A stretch of DNA of 64,000 nt from Raillietiella orientalis (taxonomy: Eukaryota): positions 1,612,001 through 1,676,000 of the forward strand of contig JAYWIR010000023.1 of the NCBI GenBank assembly GCA_036172245.1, given 5' to 3'. Below, piece after piece: positions 11,909-33,233 of the stretch (position 1 is the stretch's first letter; the number at the start of each line of letters is the position of its first letter). The position numbers and the translations under genes were made by a program. The notes below the pieces were generated by a model. It had not been told where the DNA came from and made no database searches. It saw only the letters and a list, made by a program, of their open reading frames with translations.

Positions 11909-14900
11909 GATGTCTTGTGAACACATTCCTTAAGGGCATTTCCTTTTGGTTGGTTAGTTTATTTCATGGAGATTTCATCTATAATTGGTTTCTTGCTACA
12001 CTTGTTAATGCAAAGATTGACATGTATATTAATTTGTAAAAACAAAAAAAAAACTGATGGTTCTTATAAGTTTTGTAACTCCTCAAGTAACCAAGTTCAA
12101 GTCCATTGCATGATCTATTTTACCATTTAATCACCTTATAAGTAAACTTCACTTAGTCTTGTTGGCATCGCCTTTGCAAGGAGTCGACAGCTTTTGCAAA
12201 GAAAAAAAAACGGGTGTTGACTAAGTGAGATTCGAATTGAATGTCGTGTTTGCACCTTCAGTTTTGCATTCATGTTAAACCGCTTTGCTAAATGTATGAG
12301 TTGTGTATGTGTGCAAACGAAGTCTCCTCAAGCCAAGATGCTCCAAGCTCTTGCTAACGACAGTGTAGTAATGGGAGAGGCATCGTACAAAAAAAAATCA
12401 TAAATTTGCCCTGAAGCTTCTAATCGAAATTTTTGCACCAAATACTTCCAGGAATGGGCACCTTGGGCGGCTTTAGAAGGCATGTGCATTTTCACGCCCA
12501 CTTTTATCATAGTCAGTCACATGTACCTTACTAATTGTAACAGCCTTCAATCGATTCACCCATTCGGTTGCTCTCTGGTCTTGACTTGTTGCTCTTGGTT
12601 TACGAACAAAGAAAGGGAAACTGAAGAAAGTACCAAGAATCCGTAATTTCACGCCTCATCCCAACTGTTTTGGGATCATTCCAACTGCTTTGTTTAGAAG
12701 AAAAGTATGCCTATCCTCGGAGGTTGAAACTGGTTTGCAGAATGTCAGTTACGAATTTCTGAATGTAGTCTTGCTACTAAGATTGCTTACAGATTTATTA
12801 TCTGCTAATAGTGTATTGCTTTTTCCGGCCTGATTCCGCTGTTTTTTCTTTTTTTCCATTCGACTATTTTGCTCGCTCTGGACACGCATGGGAAATTCTA
12901 AAGGCTAACAGTAGTTTGCCTGTAGAACGCGCCAGTTCTTAATGGTTGTTTTTTTGTTTTTCCAATGGATTCAAAATCGCCGATTCTTGAAGCACAAAAC
13001 CCTTAAAGATGTCGTAAAGAATTTTATGATGAAATAATGCGATAACTCAGATGAGACCAGCATGACTTCTTTTTCCCTTGTGTGCCGTTTACATGGGAAA
13101 GTCAGGGTGTGATGGAATGATAGCAGCATATTTGAAAATAAGGTTGACTCTTCTCATGAGGCATTCTCAAGTACATAGCTTCGAATACTGTATACTTTTA
13201 GCTAAGTATAATTGCAACGTTTCACATGGAAGTCACGGCTGTGTGCTGTAATGAATAAAGAACTCTTCCTGCTGGTGTTCTGCAATTCCTTTTCGTCCCC
13301 ACCAGCTATGCACATAATCAGTTCCCAGTTTCCGTTTCGTCTGATTTCAGCTTTATTGGCATTTGAGTTTTTGTTCATTGCACAGTTATCAACCAGAGAT
13401 TGCTGTTTTCAAAATTTTCATCTCTTATGTGATTCTTAGAGGCATGTATCATTATTTGAAAAGCTTTTGCTAAGATTTTTATTCGAAGTTTGGTACAGGG
13501 GTGTTTTAAAGGGAATTGAAATTTCTGTATGATGCAGTTGACAAAGGGATATCAAGCTCGCTCAACTGAACAGAACCCACGGCTTTTTTTTCCTCATTTA
13601 CAAAGTGGGTGCACTTTTGTATAATCAAAAAGGGCTTCTTTTTTTTTTCATGAACGAGCAAAAAGAATGCACGTCTTCACGGACTAGATTGAAACAGAGC
13701 TGTTGCTAAATTTTATGATTTTTACTGAACAGATAGAGATAAAAAAAAATGTACTCCAAATTTTATGCCATCTTAGAAAAAGATATCTTTTTGTCTTGTG
13801 AGTGATTGTAGAATATCTGCAAGAGGTGTAATCAGAACTGTGCATATGGTTTTGAAATGAGTTAGTAGACTCCCATATCTGATGTCATCTTTAGCGATAC
13901 ATGCAACCATAGACAGAGCAGAATTCAGTTGATGCAAGTTATTAAACAAAATCGCAAAGTCAATAAATCCACAAAACTCCAAAACATAATAAAATATATT
14001 AAAAAGGTGGCATGCTCAACAAGGTGCCAATCTAATTTATTCTAGGGGAGTAGAGTTACGATCCGATTTTTCCTTCATTTCTGTTATGACTCCAAACTTT
14101 GTTAAAAGTCATCAAAACCTGCTGAACAAATGTGTAAAAGAGCTTTATGGTTTGGTTCCAATTGCTGTTACGCTCACGCTAAAACCAAGTGTTGTGTGTT
14201 TGGAAACAGAAATTGCTCCGGGTAGTGTTGTAATGCATCATTTCCACCTTCAGAAAATGAATTCAATGGGATATCCTGTGAGTGCCTTTAAATTCAAGAT
14301 CCATTTTTAGCCGAAACCCTGGGTACATCAATTTCATGGAAATATACTTACATGTGCACTAATGAGTGCAACGTCAACTGAATTTCATGCAATCATGACT
14401 ACGAAATGCGCAATATCGAGGTGATTCATTTGACTCACAAAATGCTTACATGTGCATACATGAAAAGATATGTCTTTTGTTTTATCATTTGCAGATATGC
14501 AGTGGCAGTTACGAAATTCTTCGCACCTGCATATATTTTCGGTCCGTTTCCACCGTTTTTATTTGCACTTTCGTAACTCTGTCTGAAACTCAGCCATAAG
14601 AATTTTCTGCATATTGGTTAACATCCATCCGAGTTAAAAAAAAATCCCTTTGCTTTTCGAGTGGAAAAAATCCTTCCCTGAGTAGAATTGTGCTGCATTC
14701 GAATTCTGAAGAAAAAAAGTAATCCAGTCTATCTTGATTTCATATTCCTTTAATTTATCTCATTGAAAACTAAAATGGCATCACAGACCCTATTTTAGAA
14801 AGACAGTTGTTTTTAAATGTACTTAAGGTTAGCGATCGACAAAGATCCCGACTTTGACCGACAAATAGTTTTGAAAGAGAAAATTATTAATTCCGAGAAT

Positions 14901-15454
14901 GAAAGCCTGGAATGCGAGGTTGCAAAAGTCGTAATACATTGTTAATTTGACATATGTGAAAATGTACAACAGAAGCCTACACCGCTTGTTTAATGCACAT
15001 AATGACATACGTATACATATGTACCAGCGTTTCGTACGTGCGAAGATTGTCGTTACTGATGGCAATCTCGAACAGTGGTGCTTCATAGCTGAAGGCAAAA
15101 AATTGCGTATTTGTAACGCTACTGTGCTCGGAATTGCTGTGTGTACTCAAGGGTGCGTTTGTCAATACATAATTAAGTTGGTAATTTGGTTCTCAGAGCC
15201 TACGGTGTCCTTCACCTTGTGTCCTTGGTGCCTTTCCTAATTAGGTAACTTCTCTGGCCCGAGGAATTCAGTGTTTAATGTGCAATAAATGATTTTTAGA
15301 TGATTGATTTTTTTTTCTCTCACTTTTTACCAAATCATTAAGTTTATAAGTATTGTGTAGTTCTAGAGTTCACACCAAGTTGATTCCAGCTGTATTTTTC
15401 ATAATGCCAAGAATTTTTTCGATTGAAGTTTCGGTGTAAATCGGTTGTAAAGCA

Positions 15455-25781
<10,327 letters not shown>

Positions 25782-25831
25782 TTCAGTCAGCGTGTTATAA
25801 ACGAATATCGCAAGTGAATACTGCCACATTT

Positions 25832-25854
25832 CAATAAATTCTTTATTGTTTATT
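25832..25854. terminator. Opposed poly(A) signals of the convergent genes
   Basis: AATAAA on + at 25833-25838, 52 nt after the BTBD10 stop. TTTATT (AATAAA on -) at 25842-25847 and 25849-25854. Confidence 0.7.
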
Positions 25855-25961
25855 CATATACAAAACCATTGGGAGGAGAGGATTGTAATTGAGCATTAAG
25901 TCGGATAGATGATATTATGTCCCTAACGCAAGTTTGGCGAGCAGTTTTTATCAGACTGTTG

Positions 25962-28900
25962 CTAATTAGGAAAATCCTTTGGCCAAAGTGGAGAATACAA
26001 CCTATCACTATTTCTATCGAAACTTTTTGGCACGTCAGCTTTTGTGAAGCCATTTTCATTTTGTGGGGTACTATAGTCTGGTGAAGCTGAAGTAACAGTA
26101 GTAAGTGTTCCGTCCTTCTGGACATCGTTTTTCCGTTTGGACGAAAACTCCCTAATTTGGTCCTGCAGCAACGGTGTTTGTCTTGGACTTTCTGGATCAC
26201 CAGTTACTGTTGTCTCGCCAAATCCCATGGTTTCGGAAGTTACGTTACTCAGTTTTGTTTTCTTTTTCAGTTTATTAACGTTAACATCACTGTTTTCAGG
26301 TGTACCATTTTCTGCATCGTGAAATTGCTTTTCGCTTGCCTGTTCTTGGAGTTGGGCGGCCTCTTCGTGTTTGGTTTCTAGTTTTTTCGTCGAAGCAAGT
26401 GATTCATGTTCAGCAACAACGTTTTTATAGATTTTCGTAGTTCCCAGTAACGAGCTTTCTTGATTTCCGGTTGTCACTTTAAAATTGTGGGATTTTTCAA
26501 CATTGTGTATGAGCACTCTTTCTCCAAAAGCTTGTGCTGACACGTTGTGATGTTCGTCAAAATCCTTTGAGTGGGCCTGTTGGGTTTTGCTGGCATCTAC
26601 TACATGCTTTAAAACATCCTTGCTGTTTTTTTCCTCAGGTGGGTACTTCCCCAGCTTGGGTCTGATGGTTTGATGCTGCGGGTTTTTGATGTGTGCATGT
26701 GTATGAGTCTTCAAATCATGGTACAGTTTTTCCTCCCGAACTTGTTTGATTCTTGTTTCGTGCGTGCTGCTTGCTTGAGCAGAAAGACTTTTCAGAATGT
26801 CAGGTGGTAAATCACCTAGGTTCGCCACAATGTTTGTATTCTCTGATGACTCCCTCTTGCTTTTTCCGAGCGGTTGCAAATCTAGCTGATCTGGTGAGAT
26901 GCCTAATTTTTCGAGTTCTGGTAAAGATTGCAGGAGGCCTTCGTTACGAAGTGCCTCGAGATTCACATTTGGATCTAAGTCGCTAAGCTGATTTTGATCT
27001 GAAAGGAACACCACTTCGATTTTCGGTTTCTCTTTATCCGTCCCTTCGCTTGGGATTTGGCTAGTAATGAATCGCTTGAGGTCCGCTATTTCGTCAGGTG
27101 TTTGAAAGAATTCGTTTCCTCTTGGAATGACAATATTTCCCAAGTCTCCCAAATCAACTGTTCTTGTTCCGTTTACGGATTTTGGCTTCTCTTTCTCATT
27201 GGTACTCTGAATTGGGTTCTGCTGCAGATTCTGAAGTATTTGGTTCAGATCTAACGAGTTGGTGTTGTCCCCTGCTCCAGGGATTGTTGTCAATCCAAGT
27301 TTTGAGAAATCCAAGTTGCCCAAGTCTGGCGGCGCTAATACCAGCGAGTAATTCCCAGGATCCTCTGAGAATTTTTCCTGAGAGAAATTGGGAGGGGCTA
27401 CTAAAATTATTTTTGGACTAGCGGGTTGATTGTTCACTTGTGCGTTTTGCTGCTGCAAGGAAGCCAGTAAGGACGACGGGTCAATGTTCAGACCCCCCAA
27501 GCCACCACCTTGAAGCTGATTTCCATTTAATATCACAGGTTGTGTGTTCTGCTGTTGCAAGGATGCCAACAGTGATGAAGGGTCAATGCCTAGACCCCCC
27601 AAGCCACCACCTTGAAGCTGATTTCCATTTAATATCACAGGTTGTGTGTTCTGCTGTTGCAAGGATGCCAACAGTGATGAAGGGTCAATGCCTAGACCCC
27701 CCAAGCCACCACCTTGAAGCTGATTTCCATTTAATATCACAGGTTGTGTGTTCTGCTGTTGCAAGGATGCCAACAGTGATGAAGGGTCAATGCCTAGACC
27801 CCCCAAGCCACCACCTTGAAGCTGATTTCCATTTAATATCACAGGTTGTGTGTTCTGCTGTTGCAAAGATGCCAACAGTGATGAAGGGTCAACGTTTAGA
27901 CCCCCCAAGCCACCTTGCAGTTGGCTTCCAGTTAACAGTACGGGTTGTGCATTCTGTTGTGGCAGAGATGCCAGTAGGGGAGAAGAACCGATATTTAGGC
28001 TTTGTAGCCCACCTTGAAGCTGATTTCCACCTAATATTACTGGCTGTGCATTCTGCTGTTGCAAAGAACCAAGTAGTGATGCCAGATCAAAATTAAGTCC
28101 ATTGTTTCCGCCTTGGATTGCCCCTTGTAGCAGTGATGGAGGGAGATCATTAGGACCAATTATTGAGAATCCTGATTGCTTTTGTGAGGTAACGGAACTT
28201 ACATCTTTCGGTGACTGTGTAGTTGGCCTTTTTTTAACGTCCGGCTTATCTTGCAGGCTGATGCTAGGGACCTTAAACGTAGAGGTCGATATCTTCTGCT
28301 TTGAATCCAACTGAAAGTTTTGTGAACTTTGTTTGTCCACAGTCTTTTCGCGACTCTTTTGATCTACTATAGGATCTTTAAGTTTGCCTTGTGCTTTGTC
28401 GGGTTTCACCGTTTGTTCTTTGAAGGGACTGAGACCTTGTAACACAGAGGGAGTTGTTTTTGAAATGGCCTTAGATTCTCTTCCTGGAGAAAATGGTCGA
28501 AAATCTCTGCTGCCGCTGCGTAAAGGTGGCCGCACCCCTAAAGTGGAAGCGTCATTTGGAGAACTCCATTGCGGAGACCACTGAGGAAGTTGTAATGCGA
28601 GGTTCTCGTCGGTAAACTGCTTCGGTTGTCTCGATCGTATGTTCGTGAAAAAGTGTTTCAGGTTGCCCTCTTCAATCGATCTTCCTGGTATCCGCTGTAG
28701 TGATGAAGTAGGTACGTCCCTTATCGGCGGAGGAACCAAGCCGATAATTTCTTCCCTGTTGGGTGGCACTGGGAGTGTTGGAGGAAACAGCCCAACGATT
28801 TGATCGGACTCTCGTCTTGCAACGTTGCGTGCTTGCCTTTCTTCAAATGCATTGAATGTTCTGCTTTGTCGGAACATTTGATTTGTGCTCCGTATTTGCT

Positions 28901-29027
28901 CTGCTTGGTAATCAAAGCCAGGCTGCTGCGTGCTTTCAATAGGCCTCCAGGGTTTGAGGTCATAACTTCTTTGAGTGCTTTCTGTTATGAATAAACAGAA
29001 AGAAAAGCAAATTACATTCTGGAACAT
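25962..29027 (-). CDS. Uncharacterised 1021-aa low-complexity protein, probably secreted, with a 34-aa Q/G/L-rich tandem repeat
   Basis: Uninterrupted 3-kb ORF in AT-rich DNA. Hydrophobic N-terminus MFQNVICFSFCLFITE. Splice acceptor just upstream of the ATG (minus-strand ..ttttgttttcAG at 29036-29034). Minus-strand AATAAA at 25847-25842 and 25854-25849, downstream of the stop. No domain recognised. The true N-terminus could instead come from an upstream exon using the acceptor near 28982. Confidence 0.8.
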   Translation of the reverse strand: MFQNVICFSFCLFITESTQRSYDLKPWRPIESTQQPGFDYQAEQIRSTNQMFRQSRTFNAFEERQARNVARRESDQIVGLFPPTLPVPPNREEIIGLVPPPIRDVPTSSLQRIPGRSIEEGNLKHFFTNIRSRQPKQFTDENLALQLPQWSPQWSSPNDASTLGVRPPLRSGSRDFRPFSPGRESKAISKTTPSVLQGLSPFKEQTVKPDKAQGKLKDPIVDQKSREKTVDKQSSQNFQLDSKQKISTSTFKVPSISLQDKPDVKKRPTTQSPKDVSSVTSQKQSGFSIIGPNDLPPSLLQGAIQGGNNGLNFDLASLLGSLQQQNAQPVILGGNQLQGGLQSLNIGSSPLLASLPQQNAQPVLLTGSQLQGGLGGLNVDPSSLLASLQQQNTQPVILNGNQLQGGGLGGLGIDPSSLLASLQQQNTQPVILNGNQLQGGGLGGLGIDPSSLLASLQQQNTQPVILNGNQLQGGGLGGLGIDPSSLLASLQQQNTQPVILNGNQLQGGGLGGLNIDPSSLLASLQQQNAQVNNQPASPKIILVAPPNFSQEKFSEDPGNYSLVLAPPDLGNLDFSKLGLTTIPGAGDNTNSLDLNQILQNLQQNPIQSTNEKEKPKSVNGTRTVDLGDLGNIVIPRGNEFFQTPDEIADLKRFITSQIPSEGTDKEKPKIEVVFLSDQNQLSDLDPNVNLEALRNEGLLQSLPELEKLGISPDQLDLQPLGKSKRESSENTNIVANLGDLPPDILKSLSAQASSTHETRIKQVREEKLYHDLKTHTHAHIKNPQHQTIRPKLGKYPPEEKNSKDVLKHVVDASKTQQAHSKDFDEHHNVSAQAFGERVLIHNVEKSHNFKVTTGNQESSLLGTTKIYKNVVAEHESLASTKKLETKHEEAAQLQEQASEKQFHDAENGTPENSDVNVNKLKKKTKLSNVTSETMGFGETTVTGDPESPRQTPLLQDQIREFSSKRKNDVQKDGTLTTVTSASPDYSTPQNENGFTKADVPKSFDRNSDRLYSPLWPKDFPN
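27444..28085 (-). repeat. Coding minisatellite, 102-bp unit (DPSSLLASLQQQNTQPVILNGNQLQGGGLGGLGI): 4 near-identical copies plus ~2 degenerate copies
   Basis: Anchor ggtcaa recurs at 27479, 27581, 27683, 27785 and 27887 (period 102). The flanking units are diverged and slightly shorter. Confidence 0.95.
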
Positions 29028-32000
29028 GTTGATCTGAAAACAAAAGAAAATCTTAAAGCGTCTCTGACCATCATAATGAGCTTCAATTTAAAAAAAAAAA
29101 AAAACACTTGTCTGTATGTGTTTGAGAGTATTATGCAGCGGTGTAAGAGTATTACATAGTTAATATTATTCAACAGAAACCTGCCTCGTGCCTCGGAATT
29201 CATAAGCGATACAATGTTCGAAAACAATTCTTCATTGGCACATTAATTAGCACGGGATAAAAAAAATGTTACTGACATCCCAGGCGAGCTACTGTTTCTA
29301 TTTTATTCGTCTTGCAGGCGGCCTTCTCTGCGACGTGCACGTCGTTAGTCCGGGAGCAACCGACATTATTTGTGCCATTACTCGAAATACATCCACGCCT
29401 GCCCCCACGAAGCTCTGTACGCTAATCTGAATGTTTTTCTAATGTTTGTATGCAGTGAATTTTCTTTTCTAGATGGGCAGCAGCTATAATTATCACTAAG
29501 CAAAGATTGATAAGGAAATTCGAAAACATTCCGGATTTGGCTTAACAGGCAGTGGTAACATAACAAGGCAGAGCTTCTTCTACACTTTGCAAGATTTAGG
29601 TCGGTAGCAATGGGAAACCCACGCGACGAACTTGCAACTAAACACGGAAGCAACTTTTGATCATGCTGCCTTGAAATATGGAAAAATGCTCCTTGGAGGC
29701 GAAGCGTGTGCTCATGGTTCGTTGGCAATCAGCGTGCCGGTCCATCCGACCAATAAAGCGCCATTCATCATTGACACTCGTGAGTTTTTGTTACGAAATT
29801 CTTAGCTTTGCTTCTTCGGCCTCGTAACCTATTTGAAACCCGTTTTCCGATTAAGACAACGTATATGGGTTCGCTTCTCCCTCCCACTTTACCTTCATTC
29901 CTTTGCTTGTACACAGAGTACACAGCTACATTTTTTTTTGTGCTGCAATTACAGTCAGTCATCAACCCTATTATTCACAGATCAGTAACATCGCCCTCTT
30001 TGAGTTTATCATTAAGGTCACAGGAATGCACACTATCTTCTACCGGACAACCTGGATTACGAGTTTGGGGAAGGCGACTTGTACAACCGTTTCTCAACTG
30101 GGCACTTGTGACATCCGGTTCACAGAATGGAATCTGCGGCAGACCTCCGTTGCTCTGCCGACCGTTTTCTGTGCACGTCTTTGCATAATGTTTGTATTCG
30201 TGTTTACCGCTGCAGTCACTATCCGCGTTTCAGTCGCAAGCTTCTGGAGCGCTTGACGTAAGTGTGAAATCGCTCTTATTGCGAGAGAAGAACGAAAGAG
30301 GACCAGAAGCGTTTCCAAGAAGCATCCAGCCAATTAACGCGCCAAACTCCGAGCGTGTACGCGATGGGTCTCTTCTGGAGCTTCGCTGACTCACGCTTTG
30401 GGCATAAATTCGAAAAACACTTTCAGCTGGAGGGCGATGCGACCTGCAGGAGCTAAGCGGATGAGGAAACTCGTGAATGCAAACCGGCCTCCCGAAAATT
30501 CTCCCAGAATTTCCGATTACCCTAGAAGCAAGGATTCGGCTCCAAAAGTTCACGGAAGTCACGTCATCTCGCGCCGTGCTCTAAGACATCGAAGTTTGTC
30601 CAGCGAGCCTCCGACACCCTGAAGGAGGAACCCAGCTCAGTGAGTGGAGCGCGCGCCCTGATGGTTAAAATGGGGAAAGCGTGCGCTGAGATCAAAGTCC
30701 AGCTCATTGCGCTCCGCCGAATAGTCCCATACTCTTCCTGTGAAAGTGAAAACCGGTCGCGGGACGTCAAGGATTTCCCGTGTTCAGCAGGCAACCATTC
30801 CGTTCGCCTTCCTCCCAGTTCTTCGAGGTCTCAGCCATGCCGGGCTCAGACCGGTTCCCTTCGCGGCAGCCGAAAAAGCAGCTGCTCTTCGGTTGCACTC
30901 CAGATCGTGCGGCAGCAGCACCTGCACTCCTTCCAGTAGGGCAGGGCGAATGCGGGAGACCGCGGGACACTCCGCCGTTTCCACTTCTCTTCCTCGCGGG
31001 ATGTTCAGTGGTTGCCTGGCGCGTCGCCCCAGTTACCCACGTGGATGTAGCCCGTGGCCTGGCGCGTGATCTGCGCGCAGTTTTCTCGCGGAAACTTTTT
31101 CCCGAAAGCAGTGGACGGCTCTCTCCCGCTTGGTTGCGCAGCCCTCTCCGAAGGAATGCAACAATGCTCACGCGGAAATTTTCCCCGCCAGAGGGCGCAT
31201 AGCGGGTCATTTTCTTCTTGCCTATGCGGTTGGCAGCACGAAGGGCATTACTTCCGTGTTCTTGATTTATTTTCGTTGCGCGTAGGGGTACTCAAGACAT
31301 GGCGGAAGAACAAAGGAGAGGTCATGGAAGTAGGAAATCACTTTGTGTGCCCCTCACGTAGTCTGCGAGTGCTCGGTGGAGGCCCCAAGCTTTGCTCAGT
31401 CGCGGATCGTCCGCAGGTGATTAGGGTACTTAGGCGCAATCTCTCAGGCCCAGTTGCTGTGACGACCTCCGGTAGCTGGGCAGTTTTTTTTTCTCAAGAC
31501 AGAACGTGGGAACGGCCTTCTGCCTCGGAAGATCTTTACGCCTCCCATCTTCTCCCTCCTCCTCCTCCCCCCCCGTTTTGGTGTCACCTTTCGCGTTGCT
31601 AAGAAACGGAGTGTCTCGATCCAGCATACTCCTCAGCAAGGAAGCGTCACGTCTCGCAGGTTTCCCGCGCGCGTGGAATGCTCTAACCCGAAGCAGATTA
31701 TTTGTCCGGGTGTCAGCGGGCAGAGGGCAGCTGGCGTCGGTCGACTTTCGATCATCAGGGAGGAGGAGGAATCCTCGCTAGCGTCGGAAGGGGCCCGTTC
31801 GGCCACGGCGAATGGGCTTATCCGAACGAGGGGGCCCCTGAGACCGGAAGGACCTGTGAAAGGAGAGGGAGAAAGTCTAGCAAGCGCGCGACGAGGCAGC
31901 AACCGAAGAGCGGCGCCACACCCTGGTGGATCGGTTCCTGCCAAACGAGAACCGGCGCATCGTCTTCCTCTGAGGGTTGATCTTCCCGGTCCGCAGAGGA

Positions 32001-33164
32001 TGCGTGACGCCCGCCGGAGATGCGGTCCTTCTCCTCCCGGTGTGTTCGGTTACTCGATCCTGCGTCCCGAGTCGGCTGCCTTCGTTGCTTCCCTGCGCAT
32101 TCTTCCGCCGATCCTGTCGTTGCTCCGGATCCAGCTGCCTACGTTTCTTTCGCGCCAAAGATGCCGCTCCTGCCCTCCTTCCACGGGAGGGCAGTTCTTG
32201 GCAGGCAGGCACGGCTGGTTACGTGCCGAACCTCCGGCTGATCCGGCATTCCTGCCGCTGCAAAGGGAGCTCTCCCGGAGGGGGGAGAAGGTCCATTTTC
32301 CTGAAGGTTCCTTTCGCATTGCCAGCTGCCTCTCCTTCGTTTCCAAGGGGCACACGCGTTACTCTCTGGAAGCACGGGCGTCCCGAAGGACGGTTTTTCC
32401 TCCTCGTTCGATCCACTGGCACCCATCGCGCTCTGGAAGGCATCTCCGCCGGAGATGGCATCATCTTTCAGTTTCCTGAACCCAAAGAATGCACTGCGGG
32501 GACGATGGTTGCTTGAGGGCTCTTCCTGACTCTTAGAAAGGAGGGCATCTTCTGGACTCATGGATTCTCCTCCAGGCGTGTCGTCCAGGAATCATCGGCA
32601 AGAAGCAGCGAACGTCTCCAAGGAAACTGAGGAAGAGTCCTTGAACCAGTGGGAACGCTCTGCCAAGTCCGCTGCTCTCTAGCCAATGGGAAGAGTATGG
32701 CTGCTGCTACTCCTCCTCCTCATAGCGATCACGAGTTCGGTTCACTTGGGTCCGTTCGTGGTCCTTCCTTCGAGCTCAGGGCGATGTTGGTGCTTCTGGA
32801 GCGCGGACAGCATGTCAGCAAGCGGGTGGTGCGCTAGACAAGACGGTGTACGGATGGTGGGCAGAGCTCCAGAGCCGAAAGGCACACGAACGATGGACGG
32901 TGCACGTGGGGTGTGTGGGCAGCGGATGGTACGCTGGGGGCGGCAGTCTACGAGTGGTGGATGGCGTTCTCGTGGAGGGAAGTGCGCGGGTGTGGACGGC
33001 GCACGAGAGTGGGCAGCATGGCCCAGGTGAAGCGGCGGTGGAGTCCCTCTTTGCGAGTGGTAGGGAGTTTATGTCAGGAGGCGGAAGACTCCTGGAAAGA
33101 ACCTCCGGAGTCTTCCCCGAAGAACTACGCAGGAGCATTTGGAGGGACCGCGCCGGTAGCGAGA

Positions 33165-33233
33165 TCCTTTCGCTGTTTTCGAAATTCCCCCCCCCCCCCC
33201 ACCTAGGGGGGAATTTCGAAAACAGCGAAAGGA
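33165..33233. repeat. Perfect inverted repeat (28-bp arms, 13-nt loop)
   Basis: tcctttcgctgttttcgaaattcccccc ... ggggggaatttcgaaaacagcgaaagga. Confidence 0.95.

Noticed and set aside
27479..27886. Regular repeats considered as a CRISPR array
   Set aside because: Contiguous tandem units without unique spacers, in frame within a eukaryotic ORF, and no cas genes.
27440..28096. 218-aa + strand repetitive ORF
   Set aside because: Antisense shadow of the 102-bp coding repeat on the - strand.
28982..29015. Possible 34-nt GT..AG intron within the start of the 1021-aa ORF
   Set aside because: Removing it shifts the ATG out of frame, and the frame that would continue forms TAA at the junction. Retained, it encodes the hydrophobic leader.
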